Source of the DNA: Candidatus Woesearchaeota archaeon CG10_big_fil_rev_8_21_14_0_10_36_11
GTDB lineage: Archaea > Nanobdellota > Nanobdellia > Woesearchaeales > GW2011-AR9
Assembly: GCA_002762845.1 (NCBI GenBank)
Contig: PCYB01000066.1
Coordinates: 1-51,557 of the forward strand
Length of the DNA stretch: 51,557 bases
Direction: 5' to 3'
Below, in pieces: positions 29,623 through 37,800 of the stretch (position 1 is the stretch's first letter; each line of letters starts with the position of its first letter). Made by a program: the position numbers and the translations under genes. Under the pieces are notes generated by a model, which was given only the letters and a program-made list of their open reading frames with translations, had not been told where the DNA came from and ran no database searches.

Positions 29623-30337
29623 TGCTTGAAAGAATGAATGCTTTTTTAAGTTTTTGTCGTAACTTTTTTGAAATTAAGAAATAATCAATTCGCCAGCCAA
29701 TATTTCTCTTACGAAGATTGTTCCAATATCCCCAATAACTGTAGTGTCCAGGCGTTGTATGAAATTCTCTAAACGTATCAACAAAACCATGGTCAATAAA
29801 CCGTTGAAATCCGTCAATCTCTATCTGTGTATATCCTGCAGTTTTATTATAATTACTTTTTGGATTTGCCAGGTCTATCTCTGTATGAGCAACATTAAAA
29901 TCACCACAGACAATGACTGGTTTTTCTTTTTCTAATTTCTGAACGTAATGTAAGAAATCCTTGTCCCACTCTTTCCGATAGTCAAGACGTGGGAGGCCTC
30001 TTCCTGAGTTTGGAATGTACACCGTCACGACATAATACGTTTTAAATTCAAGTGTAATTACTCTTCCTTCGGCATCATGTTCTTGTTTTCCAATTCCATT
30101 CTTGACAGAGAGCGGTTCATGTTTGCTAAAGATTGCTGTTCCTGCATACCCCTTCTTTTTTGCTTCATTCCAGAAATGGTAAGGATACTCATCAAGTATT
30201 TTGTCTACTTGGTTCAAATGTGCCTTTGTTTCTTGAATACACAAAATGTCTGGATTTTCTTTTTCAACGAAAGTAAGAAAATCTTTCTTAAGGGCTGCTC
30301 TGATGCCGTTGACATTCCAAGAAATGATTTTAGTCAT
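29579..30337 (-). CDS. xth: Exodeoxyribonuclease III (AP endonuclease, EEP family)
   Basis: ISWNVNGIRA, CIQETK, GDFNVAH and SDHCPV motifs. 252 aa. Confidence 0.9.
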   Translation of the reverse strand: MTKIISWNVNGIRAALKKDFLTFVEKENPDILCIQETKAHLNQVDKILDEYPYHFWNEAKKKGYAGTAIFSKHEPLSVKNGIGKQEHDAEGRVITLEFKTYYVVTVYIPNSGRGLPRLDYRKEWDKDFLHYVQKLEKEKPVIVCGDFNVAHTEIDLANPKSNYNKTAGYTQIEIDGFQRFIDHGFVDTFREFHTTPGHYSYWGYWNNLRKRNIGWRIDYFLISKKLRQKLKKAFILSSIMGSDHCPVGIEIE

Positions 30338-30397
30338 CTTCTGTCTCCTTTTTTGGACTCCGTGAGATAAGTTTCATATCCTTGTTATTCTCATGGA

Positions 30398-30416
30398 TTT
30401 TATAAAGTTTTATAAA
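30398..30416 (+). promoter_or_regulatory. Tandem TATA boxes (TTTATAAAG x2)
   Basis: TTTATAAAGTTTTATAAAG. The second copy lies about 24-31 bp upstream of the ATG at 30440. Confidence 0.4.
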
Positions 30417-30439
30417 GTCTCTTCCAAGTATATTCTCTA

Positions 30440-30736
30440 ATGCCACGATTAAAGTTTAAAAAAAAGTGTAACATATGCAAAGATGAGTGGGTTCTTGTTC
30501 ATCCACGAGAGTATACGATCTGTACAAAATGTCACATGAAACAGATTTTCTCTGAAGAAATTGATAATAAAAAATACGATTTTCTTAACATTAGTAAGAA
30601 ATTGTACGAACAATCACGTTTCTTACGGAATATCAGGCAAGCATATCTTATGTATAAGAACCTTACAGTCAAACAAATTTCTGCATTCAAAGATACTGTG
30701 AAGAAAGTCAAGGAAGGAAAAGAAGAATCAGAATAA
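30440..30736 (+). CDS. Small zinc-ribbon-like hypothetical protein
   Basis: 98 aa with CNIC...CTKC (two CxxC pairs) and a Lys-rich tail. Confidence 0.4.
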   Translation: MPRLKFKKKCNICKDEWVLVHPREYTICTKCHMKQIFSEEIDNKKYDFLNISKKLYEQSRFLRNIRQAYLMYKNLTVKQISAFKDTVKKVKEGKEESE

Positions 30737-30954
30737 TTTAAGTAATATTCTATTTTTGTTACATAACAATTTACACATAACAACTTACATAAAAAACTTT
30801 ATAAACATTTACTTAAGAATTTATAATGATAAGATACTTTTCCAGGCAACAAAACTGCCATTACTATTCTGGAGTGGTGTTTCTTCCGTAATCTTTATAA
30901 AGTATATACATTTTTAATTATCAAAACTAAAAGATACTGCTGAGGGCGCAATAT

Positions 30955-32484
30955 ATGATTGATACAACAGCAATAAGGCAACAATTTCCATATTTACAGA
31001 GGTCACTTCAGATGGATGTGCGCAATCCGCGGACCGATACACCGCGCCATTTTATGGATAGTACCGCTTCGACACATTTACCTCTTCCAGTTCTTGAAAG
31101 AATTGCACAAAGTCTTTTCAGTTATGCCAATGTTCACCGAGGCGAATATGACGCATCAATGGCAACAACAGAAGAGTTTGAAAGGTCATATAATATTGCT
31201 GCAAACTTAGTTAATGCTCGTTCTTGGCGGGAAATAATTTTTGGAAGAAATGCAACAGACATGATTAATCTTGTACGGCGTGGAATGGAACGTCAAGTTC
31301 GCTCAGGAGATAATATAGTTGTTACTGCCCTTGAACATAATTCTAATTATGTTCCATGGGTCGAACTTAAAGCAACGTTAGCAGATTTTGGTCGAGAGGT
31401 AGACATTCGAATAGTTCCATTTGATCTTAAAACGGGAGAACTTAACATGTCTGAATTGAAACATCTTGTTGACAAGAGAACAAAATTGGTTGCTGTTACA
31501 GGTGCATCAAACTTTATGGGAGTCAAACCAGACGTTGCAACAATTGGTGAGATTGCACATGCAAGTGGATATGTACAACCAGACGGTTTTCAGGGGTCAT
31601 ACTTATTAGTTGATGGGGCACAACTTGTTCCAGGAAGTCCTGTCGATGTTCAGAATCTTGACTGTGATTTTTTAGCATGGTCATTTCATAAAATGGCATT
31701 ACCTTTGGGTGTTGGTGGTTTATGGGCTCGAAAAGAAGCAATTCAACATTTTGATCCTTACATATCTGGTGGGGATATGATTTTAGATGTTACACCAGAC
31801 GCTATTGAGTTTCAAGATTTACCTTGGAAATATACTGCAGGAACACCAAACATCTTAGGAGTTATAGGGACTGGATTTGGTATAGAATTTCTTATTTCCA
31901 TGGCTTTGGGCAATTTGTCTGAACATGATGAGATTGAACGTACTGGAAAACGTATTGAAACAGAAATCCTTTTGAACACGCCACGGGGAGATTTTGAATA
32001 TAGTTTGTATAATGTTGAAGAAAGACATCCCGCTGAGGTCGAACTCTTTGGGAGATATGTTGAAAGACATCATGATGTAATGGCAACTCTTCAAAATCCC
32101 CAGAAACGATTAGAGAAAACAAAACACGTTGTACGAACAGCGATGGAAAAGATTCAATATCACGAGCAGGAACTTACACAACGTGCAATTGACGGTCTTG
32201 TAACTATACCTGGGATAACTTTGTATGGTCCTACTGATGCGACACAAAGAACCGGCCTTATTGCATTTAATCTTGCAGGTATAGAACCAATGGCACTTGC
32301 ATTTGCATTAAACAGAGAAGGTGTTGAGGTGCGAAACGGTGTTCACTGTGCATCTCTTGCACATCATTATTTGGGGATTAGAGAAACTGGAAGTGTCAGG
32401 ATGAGTGTCTACGTACCAACAACACAAGATGAAGTTACTGCTGCAGTAGATGCAGTTACTAGGATACAAAAAAGATTACATTAA
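30955..32484 (+). CDS. Class V aminotransferase / SufS-CsdA-like cysteine desulfurase with a ~85-aa insertion
   Basis: ANVHRG, TALEHNSNYVPW, LVDGAQ, DCDFLAWSFHKM (PLP lysine), YTAGTPN and VRNGVHCASLAHHY (catalytic Cys). An insertion lies between GIEFLISMALG and HEQELTQRA. Confidence 0.85.
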   Translation: MIDTTAIRQQFPYLQRSLQMDVRNPRTDTPRHFMDSTASTHLPLPVLERIAQSLFSYANVHRGEYDASMATTEEFERSYNIAANLVNARSWREIIFGRNATDMINLVRRGMERQVRSGDNIVVTALEHNSNYVPWVELKATLADFGREVDIRIVPFDLKTGELNMSELKHLVDKRTKLVAVTGASNFMGVKPDVATIGEIAHASGYVQPDGFQGSYLLVDGAQLVPGSPVDVQNLDCDFLAWSFHKMALPLGVGGLWARKEAIQHFDPYISGGDMILDVTPDAIEFQDLPWKYTAGTPNILGVIGTGFGIEFLISMALGNLSEHDEIERTGKRIETEILLNTPRGDFEYSLYNVEERHPAEVELFGRYVERHHDVMATLQNPQKRLEKTKHVVRTAMEKIQYHEQELTQRAIDGLVTIPGITLYGPTDATQRTGLIAFNLAGIEPMALAFALNREGVEVRNGVHCASLAHHYLGIRETGSVRMSVYVPTTQDEVTAAVDAVTRIQKRLH

Positions 32485-32525
32485 TTATGAAAAAAAAAGA
32501 TGGTTAGAGAGTGTGAAGAATAACA

Positions 32526-34586
32526 ATGACAAACAGAAAAATTATTGGGGCAACAACTGCAGTTGCTACTACGATTGATGCGGCTAGTGCACACCACATT
32601 GAAAAGTTACTTGCATTAGATGCAGTTATACAAAGACCCAAATCTTTAGAAGATGTTCGTTTCATGGGTGATTCTTTGATTGCATCATTCGGATTAAACA
32701 TGGACAATCCAACATTACCTCCAGATATAGATAAAGGATATGCCACTGCCGTTTCTTTTTTAGAACGTATTTGTTCTGTCTTTGAAGATCCAACACATGT
32801 TATTAGGATGGCTCCTTTTGCACATGCGTACCTTGGAACTCAAGGTTTTAACGATGCACTTGACGTTATTCTTGATCGGGCCGAGAAATTTCCTAATGAA
32901 CAACCAATGCTTGATACTATTTTTCCTGCAACAGCTTTAGTACAACCTTCATCTCGTGAAGAGTTTTTACTCAGTGTATTAGGATATGCTGCGGGAGAGT
33001 TAGAAGGCGATGAACTTCTCGGTTTGGGCTTCTTAATTAGTGATGCCAATCCAAATGTTACATTCACTGATCCTGGAGAATTTCCTTCAGAGTTTCCAAC
33101 AAGTGATGTACGTGATGCTGCCCATCGTATAGGAACATTTCTTGAATCAGGATTCTTTATTCCAGGTGTTGGATTTACTGATGTCTATAAAACATTCAAA
33201 GAAAAAATGGGTGGAGATATTGAGTATATGTTTAAAGAACCTTTACCAGAACATATAGTGGTTGTTTCTCCTAGTGAAGAGAAGTTTACATTTTTACAGG
33301 ATGATAATACTGTTGAGTGGACACCATCATATGACGCGCGGCCAAATACAACACATGAAAATCCTACAATTGTTATTGTGAATGATATTGTTCCTCTTGA
33401 TGCAGTGCGTTGTGTGTATCGTAATTCAACTATTGTGTATGTTGCAGGAAATAAACTTGCACGTGATGCAATGATGTCTGAACTTGGACCTAGCGCGCAA
33501 GAATTATTAATCGATACAACTGTTGTTAATGATAAAGGAGCAAAAAATCGTGTTGCAAATCACTTGAGGTATATTAGAACTCGGCGAGATAATTCTGGGC
33601 TGGTTGACTTTCGTGATATGTTAAATGCAGATATAAATGTAGCAGAAGATTTTGTTGCTCGAGGAAATGAACATTTCTTTGATTTCCGTAGCTCATTTGA
33701 AGAATTAGGGCGGGAAGGTCGTATTGATGCTATGGTTGAAGAAAAAGGATACACTGTTCCAATTAAAACAAATAATGATCTTGTTATGCTTCTTTCTCAT
33801 ACAGAAAGAGATTTAAACCCATTTTTTGAAAATGTAACACCAAAAACAGTTCGTGCATATTCAGGAATACCAGATATTACAAAAACAGGAATGCCTTTTG
33901 CTATCCTTACTAATATGTCTGTTCCTCATGCAGACATTATAGCAGCATATCCCTCTGCAACAGTTTTGTACGTTGCGCGAGATGACTCGGAAGAAACACG
34001 TATTATGAAAGCAAATCCCAATGGTGACATCTTTGTTGTTAACACTCAAAGTGTGGAAAGAGTTGCTGGTGGAGGTCGAAATCGTGCAGGATATGCCATT
34101 GTTGAAATGTTTTTTGAACAAATTGCAGCAGGAAGAACTGAAGGTGTCACTGTCATGTCTGCAATTACAAAAAGGATTTCAGCAGGGATTAAAAAAGAGA
34201 GAGATGATATACTTTTTAAAGAAAGTCTTCCGGGCTTTGCAGGAACGGCAGCATCATATTGGCGATTACAGGAAAAGTATCGTGCGACACCACTCGTTGC
34301 ACAATTAACGGATGGTGTTCTTATGGAAACATGTCCTACGGGCGGTTGTTTCAAACTTAATCAACCAGAACAAGGCGGATGTTGTGGTGGTGGGAACCTT
34401 CCTGGTGTTCTTATTGATTTTGCAATTGCGTACCGAAAACAAGTTGGTGATGAAAAGTTCATTGCAGAACTACAAACTTTTCATGGTGGGAACAGAACTG
34501 CGCCATGGTATCTTGATACGCGAGAGTACAAAAGAGTATTCCCTGGCGGCATTGAACCGAAAAAGAAAGGGCGGTTTACATTTTAA
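32526..34586 (+). CDS. Hypothetical 686-aa protein with an internal ~75-aa duplication and a Gly/Cys-rich C-terminal motif
   Basis: No recognisable family. Repeats: IVIVNDIVPLDAVRCVYRNSTIVYVAG versus FAILTNMSVPHADIIAAYPSATVLYVAR. Tail: CPTGGCFKLNQPEQGGCCGGGN. Confidence 0.7.
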   Translation: MTNRKIIGATTAVATTIDAASAHHIEKLLALDAVIQRPKSLEDVRFMGDSLIASFGLNMDNPTLPPDIDKGYATAVSFLERICSVFEDPTHVIRMAPFAHAYLGTQGFNDALDVILDRAEKFPNEQPMLDTIFPATALVQPSSREEFLLSVLGYAAGELEGDELLGLGFLISDANPNVTFTDPGEFPSEFPTSDVRDAAHRIGTFLESGFFIPGVGFTDVYKTFKEKMGGDIEYMFKEPLPEHIVVVSPSEEKFTFLQDDNTVEWTPSYDARPNTTHENPTIVIVNDIVPLDAVRCVYRNSTIVYVAGNKLARDAMMSELGPSAQELLIDTTVVNDKGAKNRVANHLRYIRTRRDNSGLVDFRDMLNADINVAEDFVARGNEHFFDFRSSFEELGREGRIDAMVEEKGYTVPIKTNNDLVMLLSHTERDLNPFFENVTPKTVRAYSGIPDITKTGMPFAILTNMSVPHADIIAAYPSATVLYVARDDSEETRIMKANPNGDIFVVNTQSVERVAGGGRNRAGYAIVEMFFEQIAAGRTEGVTVMSAITKRISAGIKKERDDILFKESLPGFAGTAASYWRLQEKYRATPLVAQLTDGVLMETCPTGGCFKLNQPEQGGCCGGGNLPGVLIDFAIAYRKQVGDEKFIAELQTFHGGNRTAPWYLDTREYKRVFPGGIEPKKKGRFTF

Positions 34587-34618
34587 ATTAAACAAATAAA
34601 GACACACACAAACACACA

Positions 34619-35470
34619 ATGGTAAATAAAAAAAACGATACAATCCCATGTGGATACTGGAAGGATGTACACGGAGATGTGCACACTTTACCCGCAGGCT
34701 TTTGGACAGATAGGGACGGAGTAATCCGAGATAGAAGAGATAATCCACGACTTCCTGATGGAAGGTCAAGTGCTTTAGATGTATTTGCAAATTTACATGC
34801 GTCAACAAGTTTCCCAGACCTCTCAGGTCCAGAATCTGCTAGAATACAAGAATATCGAGAACTGGCTTATTCATTGATTATTATTTGTGGTGGTCAAGCA
34901 CCATCAGTAGTATCTCCAGTTTCGCGATCGCAAGGAACGGAAATACTAACACCTGCTGAAAGAAATGGTTGTTTTACATTCGGTGGTTTAGAAGTACAAC
35001 TAGATAAAGAAGAGATTGATGTTAGTGGAAAACCACAAACGTTTAACCGAAATTCGCCACCTGATTGTGTTCCTCAACTTTTACAGTTAGCATACGCTAC
35101 CATGTGCAATTCTCGCGAATCATATTTCCGTACAAAATTTGTTGCTAGCAATAAACCTGCAGAAGTATCAATTCTCAGAACGCATTATTTTCCTTTTAGT
35201 CTACTAGATAAAATCGATTCTGACGGAGATCCTATTGGGAGAGATATTGAGGTAGGACCTGCTCTTATGGATCATGTTTTGGTGGGGGGTACAGGTGTCC
35301 GAAGGGCGTATGTTACTCTTATGCTCCTTGATGGTGGTAGAGTGATATCTCAGTTACAAAAATATGGTGAAGGTACAGAAAGGATAATTCGCGCTGACGT
35401 TTTTTACAAACCTGTCGATGGAGAAGAAATAAAGATTGTTCCTTTGTATGAAAAAGAGATCTTGTTTTAG
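34619..35470 (+). CDS. Hypothetical protein (283 aa)
   Basis: Intact ATG ORF in the same-strand block. No motif recognised. Confidence 0.6.
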   Translation: MVNKKNDTIPCGYWKDVHGDVHTLPAGFWTDRDGVIRDRRDNPRLPDGRSSALDVFANLHASTSFPDLSGPESARIQEYRELAYSLIIICGGQAPSVVSPVSRSQGTEILTPAERNGCFTFGGLEVQLDKEEIDVSGKPQTFNRNSPPDCVPQLLQLAYATMCNSRESYFRTKFVASNKPAEVSILRTHYFPFSLLDKIDSDGDPIGRDIEVGPALMDHVLVGGTGVRRAYVTLMLLDGGRVISQLQKYGEGTERIIRADVFYKPVDGEEIKIVPLYEKEILF

Positions 35471-35532
35471 AAAATGACCTGGAGAATAAAAAATAAGCAA
35501 CAAAAAAGCAATTGGATATTCATGTTCATTAT

Positions 35533-35552
35533 CGTGACGTTCTGACGTCACG
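35533..35552 (+). promoter_or_regulatory. GC-rich perfect hairpin containing the palindrome TGACGTCA
   Basis: CGTGACGT-TCTG-ACGTCACG forms an 8-bp stem with a 4-nt loop. It sits in the largest intergenic gap of the block (35471-35618). Confidence 0.4.
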
Positions 35553-35618
35553 GTATGATTAAAAAAAAAGTATGGTGGATGAAAAAGTTACAATAAACAA
35601 CACGAGGTAAAAATAAAA

Positions 35619-36272
35619 ATGGTAACAACAACAAGGCCATGTGGAGACACTCGGCCAGAAGATAGAAAAGATGAAAAAACAGTTGAAGAGCAGAAATATA
35701 CCGTTGGAAATTTAGATCCAAATTTTCACGTTATTCTTGCACTGTTTCCTGGATGTGTTCAGGGTGGTCGAGTAGCAGTTGCAACGCGGGGAGACGATAG
35801 GCACGTTCTTTTAGACGGAACAGCTCAACAAATTGTTGAATATGGTGTAGGAAAGCAAGTAACTATCGAGGGTGTAAAATATTCTCGAAACGTTAGTGCA
35901 AGAGCGCAACCTGCAGTTGACGGTATCATTGCTGAAATGACGGGAACTGGCGAAGTTGCAAAACTCATTGAAGAAACTGGTAAAAAGACAGGGAAAGGTG
36001 CTCAGTTTGGTGGGTACACTGTTACAGTTCATGCAAAAGCTGCCGATGGTACTGAAGTAAAAGAACGTGTTACTTTAGGTTCTAAAGTAAATCAGTACTT
36101 CCGTCCAGATAGTGTTCTGAAAGATGATGTTAAAAGGGAGTTCCTCGGCGGAGTAGAACTGATGGTATCTGCAATCATCATACCTGGAAGTTCCAATGAC
36201 AAAAATGTTTTAGGAACTGAAAGCACTTCTAGCTATTGTGCAAAGGGTACCATTGACTACAAACTAGCATGA
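35619..36272 (+). CDS. Hypothetical 217-aa protein; candidate ubiquitin-like modifier precursor (speculative)
   Basis: Intact ORF with GAGG 13 nt upstream. Internal ...VKREFLGG (GG at nt 36147-36152) is followed by a 39-aa tail. The stop overlaps the next start (ATGA). Confidence 0.6.
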   Translation: MVTTTRPCGDTRPEDRKDEKTVEEQKYTVGNLDPNFHVILALFPGCVQGGRVAVATRGDDRHVLLDGTAQQIVEYGVGKQVTIEGVKYSRNVSARAQPAVDGIIAEMTGTGEVAKLIEETGKKTGKGAQFGGYTVTVHAKAADGTEVKERVTLGSKVNQYFRPDSVLKDDVKREFLGGVELMVSAIIIPGSSNDKNVLGTESTSSYCAKGTIDYKLA

Positions 36273-37735
36273 AAACATTAACAACGTTTTTGGAAAGGAT
36301 AGCTGAGAGGGGGCTTTCTTTTGTATTGCATGGAAGTCGTCTTTACGATTTCGTCGATACCGAGAAGTATCCGGATAATGTTCGTGTTGGCGGTTTTCAT
36401 CAATCATTAGTTCCCTCACTTTCTTTTTCTCATCTTGAACGTTTTGATGTTGATATGCAAGTAAGACCAATTCATACTCACTGTACCGGATATGTGAAAG
36501 ATACTGTCAATGCAGAACTGAAAGCAGAAGAAGAGTTACTCTCAGAAAAAGGGCGGATACACACTTTAGAATTTATCATGTATGAATTGTTACCTTTAAT
36601 CGTGAGCAAGAAATACGGTGCTGATAGTAGCATTTACCACGACGAAATTAATGCTGCTCTTGATGACTTAGAAGGGGGTACAGGAAAAACTTCTGGTGTT
36701 GAAATACAACAGGATAGATTTGTTCAAACAGCAAAAGAAGAGATACGAGCACAACTCGCACAGGATTTTGGAACTGACGATACGGTGGAAGAAAATCCAA
36801 GTGAACGATTACGTGCCATCGTATTGCAAAGAGAAAAACAATCTCTTAGTCGTGATCCTTTAGTTCCATTGTTATATACTCCCGAAGAAATTGGTATAGT
36901 TGAAGATGGTATTTCTTCATCACTGTTTGGAGAAATAACAGGTAACCAAGCATTATATGTTATTAATGGAAATGTCTTTCAGTTAGTGATACGAGACCAA
37001 CATGATGATGGTGCAGATAGTGTTGACAGTGAACTTGTTTTTACTGTTAACGGAAGGGAGTACGTTCCTGGTAAGAAAGTTACTGACATAGCAACACTTT
37101 CTTCAGAATATAAACAGCGCCGGGTAAAATTATGGCGTATTGCTGCCCTTGAAAAGAGTAAAGATGCGTTTGATATCATTAGAAATATAGTGAGAGAAGA
37201 TGGAGTAACACAAAGGCAAATGCATGAACTTGCAAAAAGAGAAGAGTATGATATTTCAGGTAGTGGTTTTATTTTAAGAGAAGGACACTATTATGTATAC
37301 ACAACAGTAAACAAATTTGCAACTCAAGATGGACGAAATGGTGATGTATTTTGGCCATTTCCTACAACACGTGTTGCTATTCAAGTTGGATCCAATGGTG
37401 GTGTACATTACGTTACTAGAGAAGTTTACGTTGTAGAACAGCGAGAACATCACCCCTGTATTCGTGAGAGAATGAGGCCTAGTGGATTTGGTTCATTATG
37501 TAACCTTAAAGATAGCAATTATGGAAAAACGCCCGCAGAGATGGTCCGTAGACTAAATGCTGGCGTAAATGTTGTTAGAGAGCCACTTAATCAAATCAGT
37601 CTTGATAAACATCCCGGGTACACATATTTTTATGTACATCTTGATGATATTTTAACTCAAGGTTCTTTGACACGTGCTGATGCAAGAGCACAGGGATATG
37701 ATGTTATTGAGGTGTTAGAAAAAAAAGTGACATAA
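36269..37735 (+). CDS. Hypothetical 488-aa protein; C-terminal region with UBC/E2-like motif pattern (speculative)
   Basis: The C-terminal ~150 aa show predicted-strand-like runs followed by EHHPCIRERMRPSGFGSLCNLKD and then a helix-like TPAEMVRRLNAGV. This resembles the HPN...Cys layout of E2 enzymes. Confidence 0.6.
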   Translation: MKTLTTFLERIAERGLSFVLHGSRLYDFVDTEKYPDNVRVGGFHQSLVPSLSFSHLERFDVDMQVRPIHTHCTGYVKDTVNAELKAEEELLSEKGRIHTLEFIMYELLPLIVSKKYGADSSIYHDEINAALDDLEGGTGKTSGVEIQQDRFVQTAKEEIRAQLAQDFGTDDTVEENPSERLRAIVLQREKQSLSRDPLVPLLYTPEEIGIVEDGISSSLFGEITGNQALYVINGNVFQLVIRDQHDDGADSVDSELVFTVNGREYVPGKKVTDIATLSSEYKQRRVKLWRIAALEKSKDAFDIIRNIVREDGVTQRQMHELAKREEYDISGSGFILREGHYYVYTTVNKFATQDGRNGDVFWPFPTTRVAIQVGSNGGVHYVTREVYVVEQREHHPCIRERMRPSGFGSLCNLKDSNYGKTPAEMVRRLNAGVNVVREPLNQISLDKHPGYTYFYVHLDDILTQGSLTRADARAQGYDVIEVLEKKVT

Positions 37736-37800
37736 AAAAACAGTATTGTATTACAATACAATACAACAATACAAAAAATAAATAAGAAAGGAATGATACA

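Noticed and set aside
30759-30800. Direct repeats TTACATAACAA / TTTACACATAACAA / CTTACATAAAAAAC at the left edge of the 11-gene block, considered as an attachment site
   Set aside because: I could find no matching copy near the right edge (49.3-50.2 kb) or next to the tRNAs. No integrase is present. The repeats may simply be promoter-region low complexity.
34312-34808. ORFs 34312..34599 (+) and 34470..34808 (-) around the end of the 686-aa gene
   Set aside because: They are alternative-frame or antisense ORFs without recognisable motifs. They overlap two better-supported genes (32526..34586 and 34619..35470).
35354-35551. 65-aa minus-strand ORF spanning the hairpin-containing gap
   Set aside because: It overlaps the 3' end of 34619..35470 and has no promoter or start context. 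The region is better described by the hairpin and the spacer.
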